A DNA stretch of 63,946 nt, the filler included, from Octopus bimaculoides (Eukaryota): the NCBI RefSeq assembly GCF_001194135.2. It is 5 parts of 5 records of this genome, joined end to end, with 100 filler letters (N's around TTAATTAATTAA, not from the genome) between each part and the next. Parts side by side here need not be neighbours in the genome. Positions count along the whole stretch, not along the records: positions 1 to 23,982 come from NC_068986.1; positions 24,083 to 46,002 come from NC_068984.1; 3 more parts are not named here. One strand, written 5' to 3'. The notes under the pieces were generated by a model. That model searched no databases and was not told where the DNA came from. It was given only the letters and a program-made list of their open reading frames with translations. Positions 21,400 to 34,434 of this stretch are shown one piece after another. Every line of letters starts with the position of its first letter. The stretch's first letter is position 1. The position numbers and the translations under genes are program-made.

Positions 21400-21945
21400 A
21401 TACTAATACTAATAAAAGTCTTCTTGTGAACGTGACCTGGGCTTACTGTCAGCAGCAATTTGTGCTGGACAAATCAGATCTCTAAAATTGTCAAGAAGGA
21501 TGAGAGGGTGTCTTAACATCACTCAGTAAGGCCATTACCAGCTGCTCTCCAGCTATTTATTTAACCCTTTTGTTACTGTATTTATTTTGAGATGCTCTGT
21601 GTTTCTTTCAATTACTTTAAATATAACAAAGAATTTAGTAAAAGAACTTAGCTATCATTAAGCTAGTGTTAGGAACATAAATTGTGACTAAGGTTTGGTG
21701 GAAGATTTTAATTCAAAACTTAGGAAAACAAGACATTTGTACTTAAAGCCAGAGGCAGTTTCAGCCAGGTTGGTAATGAAAGGGTTATGTATATATGGCT
21801 GTATATATGACTATGGTGTGGCCACACATGGAATTTGCATCACCAGTCTGGAGCCCCTATCTTGCTCAGAACATTGATCTCCTGGAGACTGTTCAGAGAC
21901 GTGCAACCAAGTGAAAACCCTCCATCAGACATCTACCACATGCAT
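21400..21945 (+). mobile_element. CR1/L2-group LINE fragment interrupted by a TTAA MITE
   Basis: 'CERDLGL..SSNL.W...ISKIVKK' lies before the MITE and 'MVWPHMEFASPVWSPYLAQNIDLLETVQRRATK..PSIRHLP' after it. Confidence 0.8.
21561..21788 (-). mobile_element. piggyBac-type MITE (right TSD decayed to TTAT)
   Basis: TTAA|CCCTTTTGTTAC...GTAATGAAAGGG|TTAT. Confidence 0.82.
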
Positions 21946-22273
21946 GCGCACATGTACATCATGATTCACACACTGTACCCTTTCCTGACTTTTGTACATA
22001 ATTCTATGAACTGTATATGCACATCTGATAGGTTGTAGTGCATCTGAGCACTATAAACAATAATTTCATTATTATTATCATACTAAATAAAATAAAGGTT
22101 GTTCACATTGTGTGGGTAGTAGGTATGAAGTCGGCTTCCCAACCATGTGGTTTCAGGTTCACTCTCACTGCATTGCACTTGGGAAAACACTGGTATCTGT
22201 CATGACTGCGATTTTGCTCGGCTTGATGGTTCTTCTTCTCAAGCATGACATAATGCCAAAGGTCTTGGTCATT

Positions 22274-22625
22274 GCCTCCATAAGGCCCCACACTCGAAAG
22301 GAACTCGGCCACTTTGCCCCTCCATGGGGGCCCAATGCCTGAAAGGAACTCAGCCACCTTACCTCTGTGAGGCCTAACACTCGAAAGGAACTCAACCATT
22401 TGCCCCCATGAGGCCCAGTGCTCAAAAGGAATTCAGATACTTGCCTCCGTGAAACCCAGGCCCAATGTTTGAAAGGATCTCAGCGACTTGCCTCCATGAG
22501 GCCCAACGCCTGAAAGGAACTCAGCCATTGCCTCCATGCGGCCCAATGCTTAAAAGGAACTTAGCCACTATGCTTCCGTGAGGCCCAAAGCTTGAAAGGA
22601 ACTCAGACATTTTGCCTCCGTGAGG

Positions 22626-22628
<3 letters not shown>
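22274..22628 (+). repeat. ~41-bp minisatellite, ~9 units, attached to a repeat-derived head
   Basis: Unit approximately GCCTCCRTGAGGCCCAAYRCTYGAAAGGAACTCAGCCACTT; each unit begins with a GCCTC-nnn-GAGGC palindrome. Confidence 0.9.
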
Positions 22629-22657
<29 letters not shown>

Positions 22658-23164
22658 NNNNNNNNNNNNNNNNNNNNNNNNNNNNNNNNNNNNNNNNNNN
22701 NNNNNNNNNNNNNNNNNNNNNNNNNNNNNNNNNNNNNNNNNNNNNNNNNNNNNNNNNNNNNNNNNNNNNNNNNNNNNNNNNNNNNNNNNNNNNNNNNNNN
22801 NNNNNNNNNNNNNNNNNNNNNNNNNNNNNNNNNNNNNNNNNNNNNNNNNNNNNNNNNNNNNNNNNNNNNNNNNNNNNNNNNNNNNNNNNNNNNNNNNNNN
22901 NNNNNNNNNNNNNNNNNNNNNNNNNNNNNNNNNNNNNNNNNNNNNNNNNNNNNNNNNNNNNNNNNNNNNNNNNNNNNNNNNNNNNNNNNNNNNNNNNNNN
23001 NNNNNNNNNNNNNNNNNNNNNNNNNNNNNNNNNNNNNNNNNNNNNNNNNNNNNNNNNNNNNNNNNNNNNNNNNNNNNNNNNNNNNNNNNNNNNNNNNNNN
23101 NNNNNNNNNNNNNNNNNNNNNNNNNNNNNNNNNNNNNNNNNNNNNNNNNNNNNNNNNNNNNNNN

Positions 23165-23202
<38 letters not shown>

Positions 23203-23509
23203 CACGTATGTATGTATATATGTATGTGTGTATCTGTGTACGCATAGATTTTTTGCATGGCTGCATATATTTACATTTACATATGGAAATATTTCATTAT
23301 TTATGCTTGCAAGTATATACACAAATATATATATATATATATATATATAAATATATGAATACATGCGTACACACGTACAGACACACGCATATATGTACAC
23401 ACACACACTCGTACAAACATGCACACACAATATGTAAGTTAAGAATGAAGATACACTAACACTCATATCATCATATCAAGTCGTACATATATACATATAT
23501 TTATATATT

Positions 23510-23615
23510 GTGGAGGCGCAATGGCCCAGTAGTTAGGGCATCGGACTCGGGGTTGTAGGATCGCGATTTCGATTCACAGATAGGTCGTTGTGAGTATTTA
23601 TTGAGCGTAAACGCC
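23510..23615 (+). mobile_element. tRNA-headed SINE family C, 5' fragment
   Basis: 'gtggaggcgcaatggcccagtagttagggc...gtttcgattc'; matches 53888. Confidence 0.8.
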
Positions 23616-23699
23616 TATATATATTCGGTCGTTTTGACTGTCTTCTAGCGTCTAGAAATTGCCTGTTATGGGTAATTTCTCTTGTATTTTATATATATA

Positions 23700-23982
23700 C
23701 CAACCACATGGTCCTGGGTTCAGTTCCACTGCGTGGCACCTTGGGCAAGTGTCTTCTGCTTTAGCCTCAGGCCGACCAAAGCCTTGTGAGTGGATTTGGT
23801 AGATGGAAACTGAAAGAAGCCCGTCGTTTATATGTATATATATATATATATATGTGCGTGTGTATGTGTATATGTTTGTGTGTCTGTGTTTGTCGCCCCA
23901 ACACCGCTTGACAACCGATGCTGGTGTGTTTACGTCCCCGTAACATAGCGGTTCGGCAAAAATAAAAAAAACCCGATAGAAT
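23700..23982 (+). mobile_element. SINE family B
   Basis: CORE-like segment and body; runs into a gap. Confidence 0.88.
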
Positions 23983-24026
23983 NNNNNNNNNNNNNNNNNN
24001 NNNNNNNNNNNNNNNNNNNNNNNNNN

Positions 24027-24038
24027 TTAATTAATTAA
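24027..24038. other. Assembly scaffold spacer TTAATTAATTAA within N run (also 46047, 56089, 62882)
   Basis: The identical 12-mer is flanked by N runs at four places. Confidence 0.95.
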
Positions 24039-25204
24039 NNNNNNNNNNNNNNNNNNNNNNNNNNNNNNNNNNNNNNNNNNNNTATATACATATATGTATA
24101 TACATATATGTATATATATATGTGTAAATATATATATATATATATGTACAGTGATATATAGAATACGAATAGATATGCATATACGTGTGTGTGTGTGCGT
24201 GTGTGTATATATATATCAATATATATGTATGTATGCATGTATGTATGAATATATGAATATATATGTGTGTGTATAGATATACTTATATGTATAGGTATGA
24301 TGTATGTATATGTGTATGTGTGTGCATGTGCGTCTATCTGTATATTTATACAAAAAGTGAGAGAGATAAAGAGAGAGAGAAAGAGAGAGAGGGAGAGAGA
24401 GTCCGAAGGCAAGAGAAAGACAAATATATATACGATCTCTATGATATGAAAGTAAAGTAGAAGGTATTGAACTGTTATTGTGTCGATGTGTTACATAAAT
24501 GGACAGTGAAGGTCAGAGTGGTGAAACGGAGGCGGGCTATATTGGCATAATAATTGAAGAGAAAAAGCGACAAACCCGGAAACGAAATGAGTTGAAAACT
24601 CCGATTATCATCGGAGATATTCGGAAACCGTTCACTTCTGTCTCCGTAATAATTTATTATTTAATGATATTCAATAATTTATTACCTAAAGACATTTCAT
24701 TGTAGTGAGCTTATATCTTATTCTATATAACATTATTTATACTGATATTAATGCTATGGACTCCATTAAATACATAGGACAGATGGAAGTCTGTGAAACA
24801 TACGAACTTTCAAGAACATTTGAAATGAAAGAGAATCGTATAATGATTACTATGTTCGTCATATTTCTACCGTATGTCTGTCTTTATACCCCACCGCGTC
24901 AAAAAGCAACCGCCATCAGAGACTTACATACATTTACGCACACATTACAAACATATGGCTGTTTCATATTACTTTGTTATTTTAATTCCTTATATATGTG
25001 TTCTGACTCTCTGCACTATGAGTTCAATCACGCTGAGGTCGACTCTGCTTTTCATTTTTTCGGAGCCGATAAAAAAATACCAGTCAAGGGCGAGGGTTGG
25101 TTGGCGGGATTGTTAAAGTACTGAACTGAATGCCTTGCTGTAGTTTTTCGGCTTGGTATATTATGAGTTCAAATCACGTCCTATCATCCAAAAAATAAAA
25201 TAAC

Positions 25205-25232
<28 letters not shown>

Positions 25233-25237
<5 letters not shown>

Positions 25238-25412
25238 CACATAATTTTCTTATGGTTTCTTAAACATTCTCTAGAACAACACTATGTACAAATCCACATA
25301 TATGGTACCCTAGGCATAACACCTACATGAACTTCTAACTTGTTGTCTCTTGAGGTCTCTGGGTGAGACTTGGATCCAACTTGTACAAATGCAAAGCAAA
25401 AGTCAAACATAA

Positions 25413-25477
<65 letters not shown>
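25233..25477 (+). mobile_element. 3' UTR fragment of an R4/Dong-like element embedded in (AAT)n
   Basis: Near-identical in reverse to 50913-51095, the 3' end of the RLE-coding copy; (AAT)n on both sides. Confidence 0.85.
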
Positions 25478-25479
<2 letters not shown>

Positions 25480-26299
25480 GAAGAAGTATACAGTGACCAT
25501 CTGCCAGAAGTTACGACTGGTACTCAGTATCTAGAAATTTGAAAAACTAATGGGAAACAGCTTCCTTAGTCCGACCGGAAGATCGACTGTCACTGCCAAT
25601 ACTGTCTTACCAAATTTCCATCCATGACTGGTGTTTTCTCATAAGTGTGATAAGCTAATAGGAAAGTTTAATTTTTTTCTTTTCAAATATGTAACAGCGT
25701 GAACGAAGAGGAATAGAATATTCTTAAAGCAATATATCTATACAATTAATTCTAAAATTATTCAACAATTTATATTTTCTCTGTCTCGCTGTGGGGCAGT
25801 TATCTTCTCTGTCAGTGCATAGACATGTGCTTTTTTATGCGGCTCTAAGAGTCTCTGACTCTTATTTCTAGCAATGTAGGAGCTACCCTGCACTTTTAAT
25901 CACAATTAGTGATAAGTGAATTTTTCCTTTTTAGTTTTACATTACGTATAGCCGCCTTCGCTATTTTACAACTTTCACATTACTATTTTGCGGAATCATC
26001 CATTGATTCATATGGTAAATATTGTATACTGACAGTCGGATTTAGCTCAACCATCCAGGTGTGGAATATTTACCACAGATGAGCTTTAATTTTAAGGGAA
26101 ACTAGACTAGTATGGTGATCGCACTTGCTGTGGAGCATTTACCTTCCTTGTTAGTTCATAGAGATGTTCCTTTTTGTGATTCTGAGGGTCTTTGACTCTT
26201 ATTTCTAGTAATGTAATGCTACTCTGCATCCTAGTCACAATTAGTGACAACTGAATTTTTCCTTTTTGGTTTTATATTGCCTATAGCCGCCTTGGTTAT

Positions 26300-26300
<1 letters not shown>

Positions 26301-26398
<98 letters not shown>
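26301..26398. repeat. (CTAT)n(TA)n microsatellite
   Basis: Direct reading. Confidence 0.97.
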
Positions 26399-29300
26399 AG
26401 AGGTGGGGACCGTAATACTTCACAGTGATGTCAAACATCCAAGTCCGCTGGTACAGTCTAAATAATGAATATATATATATAAAGAATAATATATAAAAAA
26501 TATATATATTCAGTATTTGCAAAAACAATAAATGAAGTATAAGGAAAGGGAAAAATTGTAGGTGTAGACGATCTTTAATTCATAATTTAGGTTGGTACAG
26601 AACCAATATACATTCTACAAATTGTTTCGGAGTTTAATTAATTCCAAAGACAAAAACGAAAGACTCATCTTGAAATAAAAATTAGATTCTTCGTCAAGAG
26701 TTACATACTGGCATGAATAATTACGATCAACAAAAAAATACGAAGACCTTTCATAGCCCTGACGGGAACGAACAAAAGAATATATNNNNNNNNNNNNNNN
26801 NNNNNNNNNNNNNNNNNNNNNNNNNNNNNNNNNNNNNNNNNNNNNNNNNNNNNNNNNNNNNNNNNNNNNNNNNNNNNNNNNNNNNNNNNNNNNNNNNNNN
26901 NNNNNNNNNNNNNNNNNNNNNNNNNNNNNNNNNNNNNNNNNNNNNNNNNNNNNNNNNNNNNNNNNNNNNNNNNNNNNNNNNNNNNNNNNNNNNNNNNNNN
27001 NNNNNNNNNNNNNNNNNNNNNNNNNNNNNNNNNNNNNNNNNNNNNNNNNNNNNNNNNNNNNNNNNNNNNNNNNNNNNNNNNNNNNNNNNNNNNNNNNNNN
27101 NNNNNNNNNNNNNNNNNNNNNNNNNNNNNNNNNNNNNNNNNNNNNNNNNNNNNNNNNNNNNNNNNNNNNNNNNNNNNNNNNNNNNNNNNNNNNNNNNNNN
27201 NNNNNNNNNNNNNNNNNNNNNNNNNNNNNNNNNNNNNNNNNNNNNNNNNNNNNNNNNNNNNNNNNNNNNNNNNNNNNNNNNNNNNNNNNNNNNNNNNNNN
27301 NNNNNNNNNNNNNNNNNNNNNNNNNNNNNNNNNNNNNNNNNNNNNNNNNNNNNNNNNNNNNNNNNNNNNNNNNNNNNNNNNNNNNNNNNNNNNNNNNNNN
27401 NNNNNNNNNNNNNNNNNNNNNNNNNNNNNNNNNNNNNNNNNNNNNNNNNNNNNNNNNNNNNNNNNNNNNNNNNNNNNNNNNNNNNNNNNNNNNNNNNNNN
27501 NNTTGTGACTGTTCTAATTCAACTGTGGAATGTCCCTCGCTATGGTTATTTTCCAGGAGGTTCTGGCCACACGTCTTACGGTTCATCAACCCGCGCTGTT
27601 GAATTACTTTCTTCTGACATACCTTCCCTTGGTGGATTAGGATCCAGTTAGCTCAAGACATCATCAGGAGGAACCACATCCGGTTTCGGCCCCTACTCCT
27701 CTACCGTTTTGAGGTGGCGGGGCCCCTCCTTTCGGAGGTGTCTTCAGCTCTGGTGTTGAATGCATGTCTTCTTTCTTCTATTCCCTGGCCTCTTCGATGC
27801 AGCATCAACGATTACGTTGGAGTTATTCAGTTCCTGCTTCACTAGTATATGCTCAGTTGTGTCAGAAATGTAAAATTATGTGTCGCATCCTGTCATGCCA
27901 GGACTGTCTCATCTCTTCAGTACAACGACTCCCGGTATTTATATCACATGTTTAATTTTTTAATTCTAGCAGCTTTTTTTTCTTGTATTTGCTCACCATG
28001 CGTCTTTTTTCTTTCTACTTATACTGATTTAATTCAAGCCTATCATATTTCGTACAAATGACTTAATTCTTTTTTTACCGATTTCTATATCGGAACGAAT
28101 ATCTTTCGATTCATCTCAAAATGTCATATTGTGTTCGTCACTGAGAAGACAAAATGAGTTTAAAACAGTATGTCTGACGATCTGTATTCAACATTCTGAG
28201 TAGTCTCAATGTTTTCTCTGAGGCAACATATTATATCTAGCGCTATTATAAGTTTGTATATATATCTATAACGTATAAATGCTATATATATATTTATAAC
28301 GTATAAATTCAACGTTATACGATACAATGTTGCTTCAAGTACGTATATTGATTTCTTTCTTCTGGTGCTTGATCTTCCAATCTCCGCTGCATATTTTTGT
28401 CCTAAGTTATGTATTATATATCTCTTTGTTCTTTCTCTTTGTACTCTTGTTTTCAAGACAAGAAAAAAATTTCCTTGCTAAATCTCGTACAAGTTCCTTG
28501 ACATACATCCTAAATTGTTTATTCGTTATTTTAATTTTTTGGCCTCTGATCTCGTTTGCAATTCTTTCTGTCATTCTTTGTTTCATTTCTTAAAGTCTTT
28601 TCTCCTTTCATATTCAATTTGCACTTTGGGTCTGGCTCTATATCTTGCACTCACTTTATCTGATCGTCTCACTTTCTTCATTAACCGCTGTCTCTAACCA
28701 TCTCCCCTATGTCACTCTATCTTGATGTCCTCTCTGGGCTTCCCAAATGTGTCTTGGATCGTCAGAGACGATGATTTTGAGCAATTCGATCTCATTATTA
28801 TGCTATCACATCTATAATCTGGCCTTCTTTGTTGATCCTTTTATACTTTGATCTCGTGGCATGTTACATATGTATCTCCTTCTCCGGGATGCTGAGTTTC
28901 GGAAAAAATGTTAATACATTATAGATTTATGTTTATGCTGTACATATTTGCTTTTGTATTCGTTTTACATCTTGGTTATAATTTTTTGAGGTATCAGTTA
29001 CAGTTTTGCATTATCAGAGATGACACCAATATCTATAATTTTGAAATTGCATCATATTTTTATATCGCATACATACATACATGCATGCATAATCCGTCCA
29101 TACTTCCCCATATACATATGTATATATGAATATACATATACTTATATGTATATAACATACACACATTTACACACACACACACACGTAAACAAATAAGCAC
29201 ACACGCATACACACACATAAGCATATATATATATATAGTGCCAAGCGTGGCTGCGTGGTAGGAATTTCGTTTGTCAGCAACATGGTTTCGGGTTCATATA

Positions 29301-29474
29301 GTTTAACATAGAAAATGAAAGAGCAAAACACTTGGCATAACTCGAAAAACACCTTTTTTAAACATTTAATTTATATACATACACACACATATACAAATAT
29401 ATGCATGTATGTGCATATATATGGACATACATATATACATATATATGTATGTATATATATATATATATATATGT

Positions 29475-29507
<33 letters not shown>

Positions 29508-30701
29508 CATATATATATATATATNNNNNNNNNNNNNNNNNNNNNNNNNNNNNNNNNNNNNNNNNNNNNNNNNNNNNNNNNNNNNNNNNNNNNNNNNNNN
29601 NNNNNNNNNNNNNNNNNNNNNNNNNNNNNNNNNNNNNNNNNNNNNNNNNNNNNNNNNNNNNNNNNNNNNNNNNNNNNNNNNNNNNNNNNNNNNNNNNNNN
29701 NNNNNNNNNNNNNNNNNNNNNNNNNNNNNNNNNNNNNNNNNNNNNNNNNNNNNNNNNNNNNNNNNNNNNNNNNNNNNNNNNNNNNNNNNNNNNNNNNNNN
29801 NNNNNNNNNNNNNNNNNNNNNNNNNNNNNNNNNNNNNNNNNNNNNNNNNNNNNNNNNNNNNNNNNNNNNNNNNNNNNNNNNNNNNNNNNNNNNNNNNNNN
29901 NNNNNNNNNNNNNNNNNNNNNNNNNNNNNNNNNNNNNNNNNNNNNNNNNNNNNNNNNNNNNNNNNNNNNNNNNNNNNNNNNNNNNNNNNNNNNNNNNNNN
30001 NNNNNNNNNNNNNNNNNNNNNNNNNNNNNNNNNNNNNNNNNNNNNNNNNNNNNNNNNNNNNNNNNNNNNNNNNNNNNNNNNNNNNNNNNNNNNNNNNNNN
30101 NNNNNNNNNNNNNNNNNNNNNNNNNNNNNNNNNNNNNNNNNNNNNNNNNNNNNATACATACATTCACATACAAACATAAATATGAACTTATACACATATA
30201 TACACATAATGTTCATCTTTCTCTCCATATTTTCTTCCCCTGTTTCAATCTAATCTACAATTTCTTTTCAACTTTTTATTGAGTGCTGTTTCTCTGGTTG
30301 TCTGTCTATCTTTGTGTCTTCCTCTGTCTTTAACGTTTGCCTTACTTCTCATTCCTTCTTGATGTATCATTCACTCTCTATCTCTCTCTCTTAATTCTTT
30401 CCGCTCTTTCCACATAGTGCCTCTCACTTTCCCGTTACGCACACACCATTTTACTTCCTTTCTAACTCTTATCTTCTAGTGATCTCCCTCTGAGCTCACT
30501 ATCTACTATTGATGGTATAACCTACCACATACATTAGGCAAAAATACGAATAAAGCAAACCACAGTATCATGAAAGCGAGCCAGCAGAAACTTCGAAGTT
30601 ACTGTTTACATTTTCCTGGTAAAAGTTAAAACACATACATACATACATACATACATACGTACTTACATACGTACATACGTACATACGTACGTATGTATGT
30701 A

Positions 30702-30766
<65 letters not shown>

Positions 30767-31675
30767 NNNNNNNNNNNNNNNNNNNNNNNNNNNNNNNNNN
30801 NNNNNNNNNNNNNNNNNNNNNNNNNNNNNNNNNNNNNNNNNNNNNNNNNNNNNNNNNNNNNNNNNNNNNNNNNNNNNNNNNNNNNNNNNNNNNNNNNNNN
30901 NNNNNNNNNNNNNNNNNNNNNNNNNNNNNNNNNNNNNNNNNNNNNNNNNNNNNNNNNNNNNNNNNNNNNNNNNNNNNNNNNNNNNNNNNNNNNNNNNNNN
31001 NNNNNNNNNNNNNNNNNNNNNNNNNNNNNNNNNNNNNNNNNNNNNNNNNNNNNNNNNNNNNNNNNNNNNNNNNNNNNNNNNNNNNNNNNNNNNNNNNNNN
31101 NNNNNNNNNNNNNNNNNNNNNNNNNNNNNNNNNNNNNNNNNNNNNNNNNNNNNNNNNNNNNNNNNNNNNNNNNNNNNNNNNNNNNNNNNNNNNNNNNNNN
31201 NNNNNNNNNNNNNNNNNNNNNNNNNNNNNNNNNNNNNNNNNNNNNNNNNNNNNNNNNNNNNNNNNNNNNNNNNNNNNNNNNNNNNNNNNNNNNNNNNNNN
31301 NNNNNNNNNNNNNNNNNNNNNNNNNNNNNNNNNNNNNNCACACGTACATACATACATACATACCTACATACATACATACATATATATATACATACTTGTG
31401 TGTGTGTGTGTGTGTGTGTGCATGTATATGTAAGTATACATACTGAATTAAGAACGGATATACGCATTATACACACACACACAAACACACAAACACACAT
31501 ATATTTACATAATACGCAATTGCGTGTGTGCGTACACATGTATGTGTATCTAGGAGTGTATACGATTGAAGCTACTAACAAGTATCTTTCGTTCGTCTTC
31601 TTTGTTACTTTACTATTGTATTTCTTTCGTTCGTACAAAAAAGAAAGTCCACTCATCTCTGTTTGTCTTTTTCTT

Positions 31676-31724
<49 letters not shown>

Positions 31725-31769
31725 CACTTTCTTAGTATTATTTATTCAAAAAGTTTCAACAATAGGCTC

Positions 31770-32950
31770 TAACAATACGACCTATCGTTCAGAGAAGACG
31801 CTCCAATCTGGTTTCCGTTGGACGAGACTGGAGCGTCTACCTTTCTGCTTTTAACCGAAGGGATGCATTTTACTCATCACCGCTCTCTGAAAAGCTGGCT
31901 TGGCATGCCGCTGCTACTGATGCGTAGACATGCACTGAGACTACGACATCTTCAGCAATTTTTGGACGATGAGAAGATGCGGCGTCTGTTTGTAATACAC
32001 TTGTTTCCACAACTCAACTTTTGATATGTCTGAAGGCCAAGATTGAGCGTCGAGCACGTGTAATATTGTCAGACACTCACAACATTCTATAAATCGGGTA
32101 ATGTAGTCGCTGGGAATTTCACTTTAACAATATATAAAGGACAAGTGATAAGAGTGATGATATCCTCGGAGAAATGAAGACGAACTGGCTGGGCTGTCCA
32201 GAAGGACTTTCGATCCAGAGACAACACTGGGTGACTTCCAGAAATGATTAGCCAGGCGATGTTACCGAGAAGCACTGCCAGTCTGAGACCAAACTCTTCA
32301 TGTGCGGAAGTGCTGTCATACAGGTCTGTTCGAGATGTGCGCAGAATGTTGAAACCGTTCTGTATGCACTCGTATAGTACAGTTTCTTTTTCAACAAATA
32401 TCAGCAATTTCACAGAATTACTGAGTTGTAGAGTTATAATGAACTAATATTGTAGCATGTAAGACGGATCGGATTATCGGCCGAGTCTATGATGAAAATC
32501 GTCCCACTACCTTCTTTTAATAGGACTGGGTATGCCGTTCTCCTCTCTCTTTGGTGTCTATGGCGAAAGAAGCTGAGTGGTGGATGAATCTGAAAGGATT
32601 GAGGACATATACTTTATTCTTTGATCAAGCTCTTGTCGACATTTATCACGACTCATTTGGGAACGAAGGTGAGGGTGGAGATGGAATTGTTATCCTGCAA
32701 TGAATTTTTCAAAAGGTAGGTGACTGTCATACAAACAGTTAGGGCTAATGGAACGACTCTAAGCATGTGCCTGTAGATCGGTAACATTTGGCAGAGAGTA
32801 CTTACCCTTGGTCGTCAGGAAGATATTGAATCCTTTGTCAGCCTTACATTGATAGCCTCCGGTATAAGGAGAAATATATTATCCGATCATTCATATATTT
32901 TGTATACTACGTATACTTTTTATCTTCGTTTTCTTTTTTCTTAGCCCCCA
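31770..32950 (+). mobile_element. Decayed Tx1/L1-clade LINE ORF2 3' part
   Basis: Broken translation gives 'WLGMPLLLMRRHALRLRHL..FLDDE', 'DFQK*LARRCYREALPV*D', the zinc-knuckle remnant 'CSRCAQNVETVLYALV*Y' and 'SMAKEAEWWMNLKGL'. Confidence 0.75.
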
Positions 32951-34288
32951 CTTAATTTTATGTATGTCTCCGCACATATTGTAACCTATCTTTGTGATGT
33001 ACGTGAGAGTTTACGCGAGAAGAAACTTGCTGAACGTGTCGCGCAATGAGATTAAACTTGAATCTGTGATTACAGAACCATCTTAACAACACGGCCATAC
33101 ATGTAGCTAGAACTACATGACTCAGAATGTTCTGAGGAGAGTTACTTGTTATTTCTAGAAACTGGTTCAAAATATTTAAAAAAAAGATAGAATATAAAAT
33201 GAATAAATTAAGAAGTAAAATTGTATACAAAGCGTGCATAAACGAACGGAATAAAATAGTTATTTGCCTGTAGCTATTTAGCATTAGATCATAATACCTT
33301 ATGCTTTTACTTGGTGAAGATTTATGTTAATAAGTTCATTAGTAAATTCATTTGTATTTAATTAAATCAATTCGAGAAACGTTCACACGTAATACGTAAA
33401 AGTATTAAATATATAATGAAGAAAATACATTTTATAAACGTGAAAGCCGATAGTAATGACAGTTGCAGCAGTGGAGACACTAAATCACTGGAATAAATAT
33501 TTATGGTTTGTTCTTGATGGCTTTTGTGCGCATATCTAAGTGATATTGTCATTACATTCCATATGATTGTACTACTGCGGTTGTTTAGTCACAAGATAGC
33601 TCTGATCGAGATGTATGGTCAATCATAGACAACCATGGTCAACACATCGTTCTCCATAACTAGGATTACATTGTGTATGCTTTTTAAAGACTGGGATTTT
33701 ATTAGAAAATTTGGTTGCCATTTCTAGCAGATTGTTACCACGGTTGTCAAACTATTTAGCAACCTTTTTTCATAATTCACTCACTTAAAGTCTATTACGA
33801 CAGTATTTGGTTGCTGCTTAGATTATTCTTGTTGTTTAACGCAAAATCAGGTCTGATCCTTCAGAACAATCGCCTAAGAGATTTCAGAGGTAAACTTCAG
33901 GATTTTGTTTTTAATTTTTAGCACAGAACATTTAAAAATATAAAATTCAGTGTGTTACCCAACTTTTTGAAGAGAAGATACAGAGTGATTTGAGATTTAA
34001 CTTATTTTTCTCACTAGCAGAGACTCATTATTTGGCTTGCAAAGAAATTCATTTTGTTCTGCAATGATAATTACTAGTGAGAAAAGTGGATGGAAAGAGG
34101 CAGGTGGAAAAGATAGATGAGTGGACAGACATAAAGGGTGAGTGAGTCAGTGAGAAAGAGAAAGATATATATATATATATATATAAAGAGAGAGAGAGAG
34201 NNNNNNNNNNNNNNNNNNNNNNNNNNNNNNNNNNNNNNNNNNNNNNNNNNNNNNNNNNNNNNNNNNNNNNNNNNNNNNNNNNNNNNNN

Positions 34289-34324
<36 letters not shown>

Positions 34325-34400
34325 CTCACCAGATAGAGTATTTTTTGTTTTTCTTTTTATCATTGAACAGTATGTTATATATATGTGTGTGTGTGTGTAT

Positions 34401-34434
<34 letters not shown>

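Noticed and set aside
22274-22628. CRISPR-like appearance (palindromic repeats at regular spacing)
   Set aside because: The intervening parts are homologous to each other rather than unique spacers, there are no cas genes, and the context is eukaryotic.
24027-24038. Repeated TTAATTAATTAA motif between N runs
   Set aside because: This is an assembly spacer (stops in all six frames), not biological.
24499-25124. Adjacent 68-aa and 139-aa plus-strand ORFs
   Set aside because: They start from non-informative codons, the composition is AT-driven, and the 3' part overlaps a decayed SINE.
27661-27695. Minus-strand GAAAC...CTGATGA hammerhead-like pieces
   Set aside because: There is no room for stem I between the UH triplet and the core, and no stem II partner.
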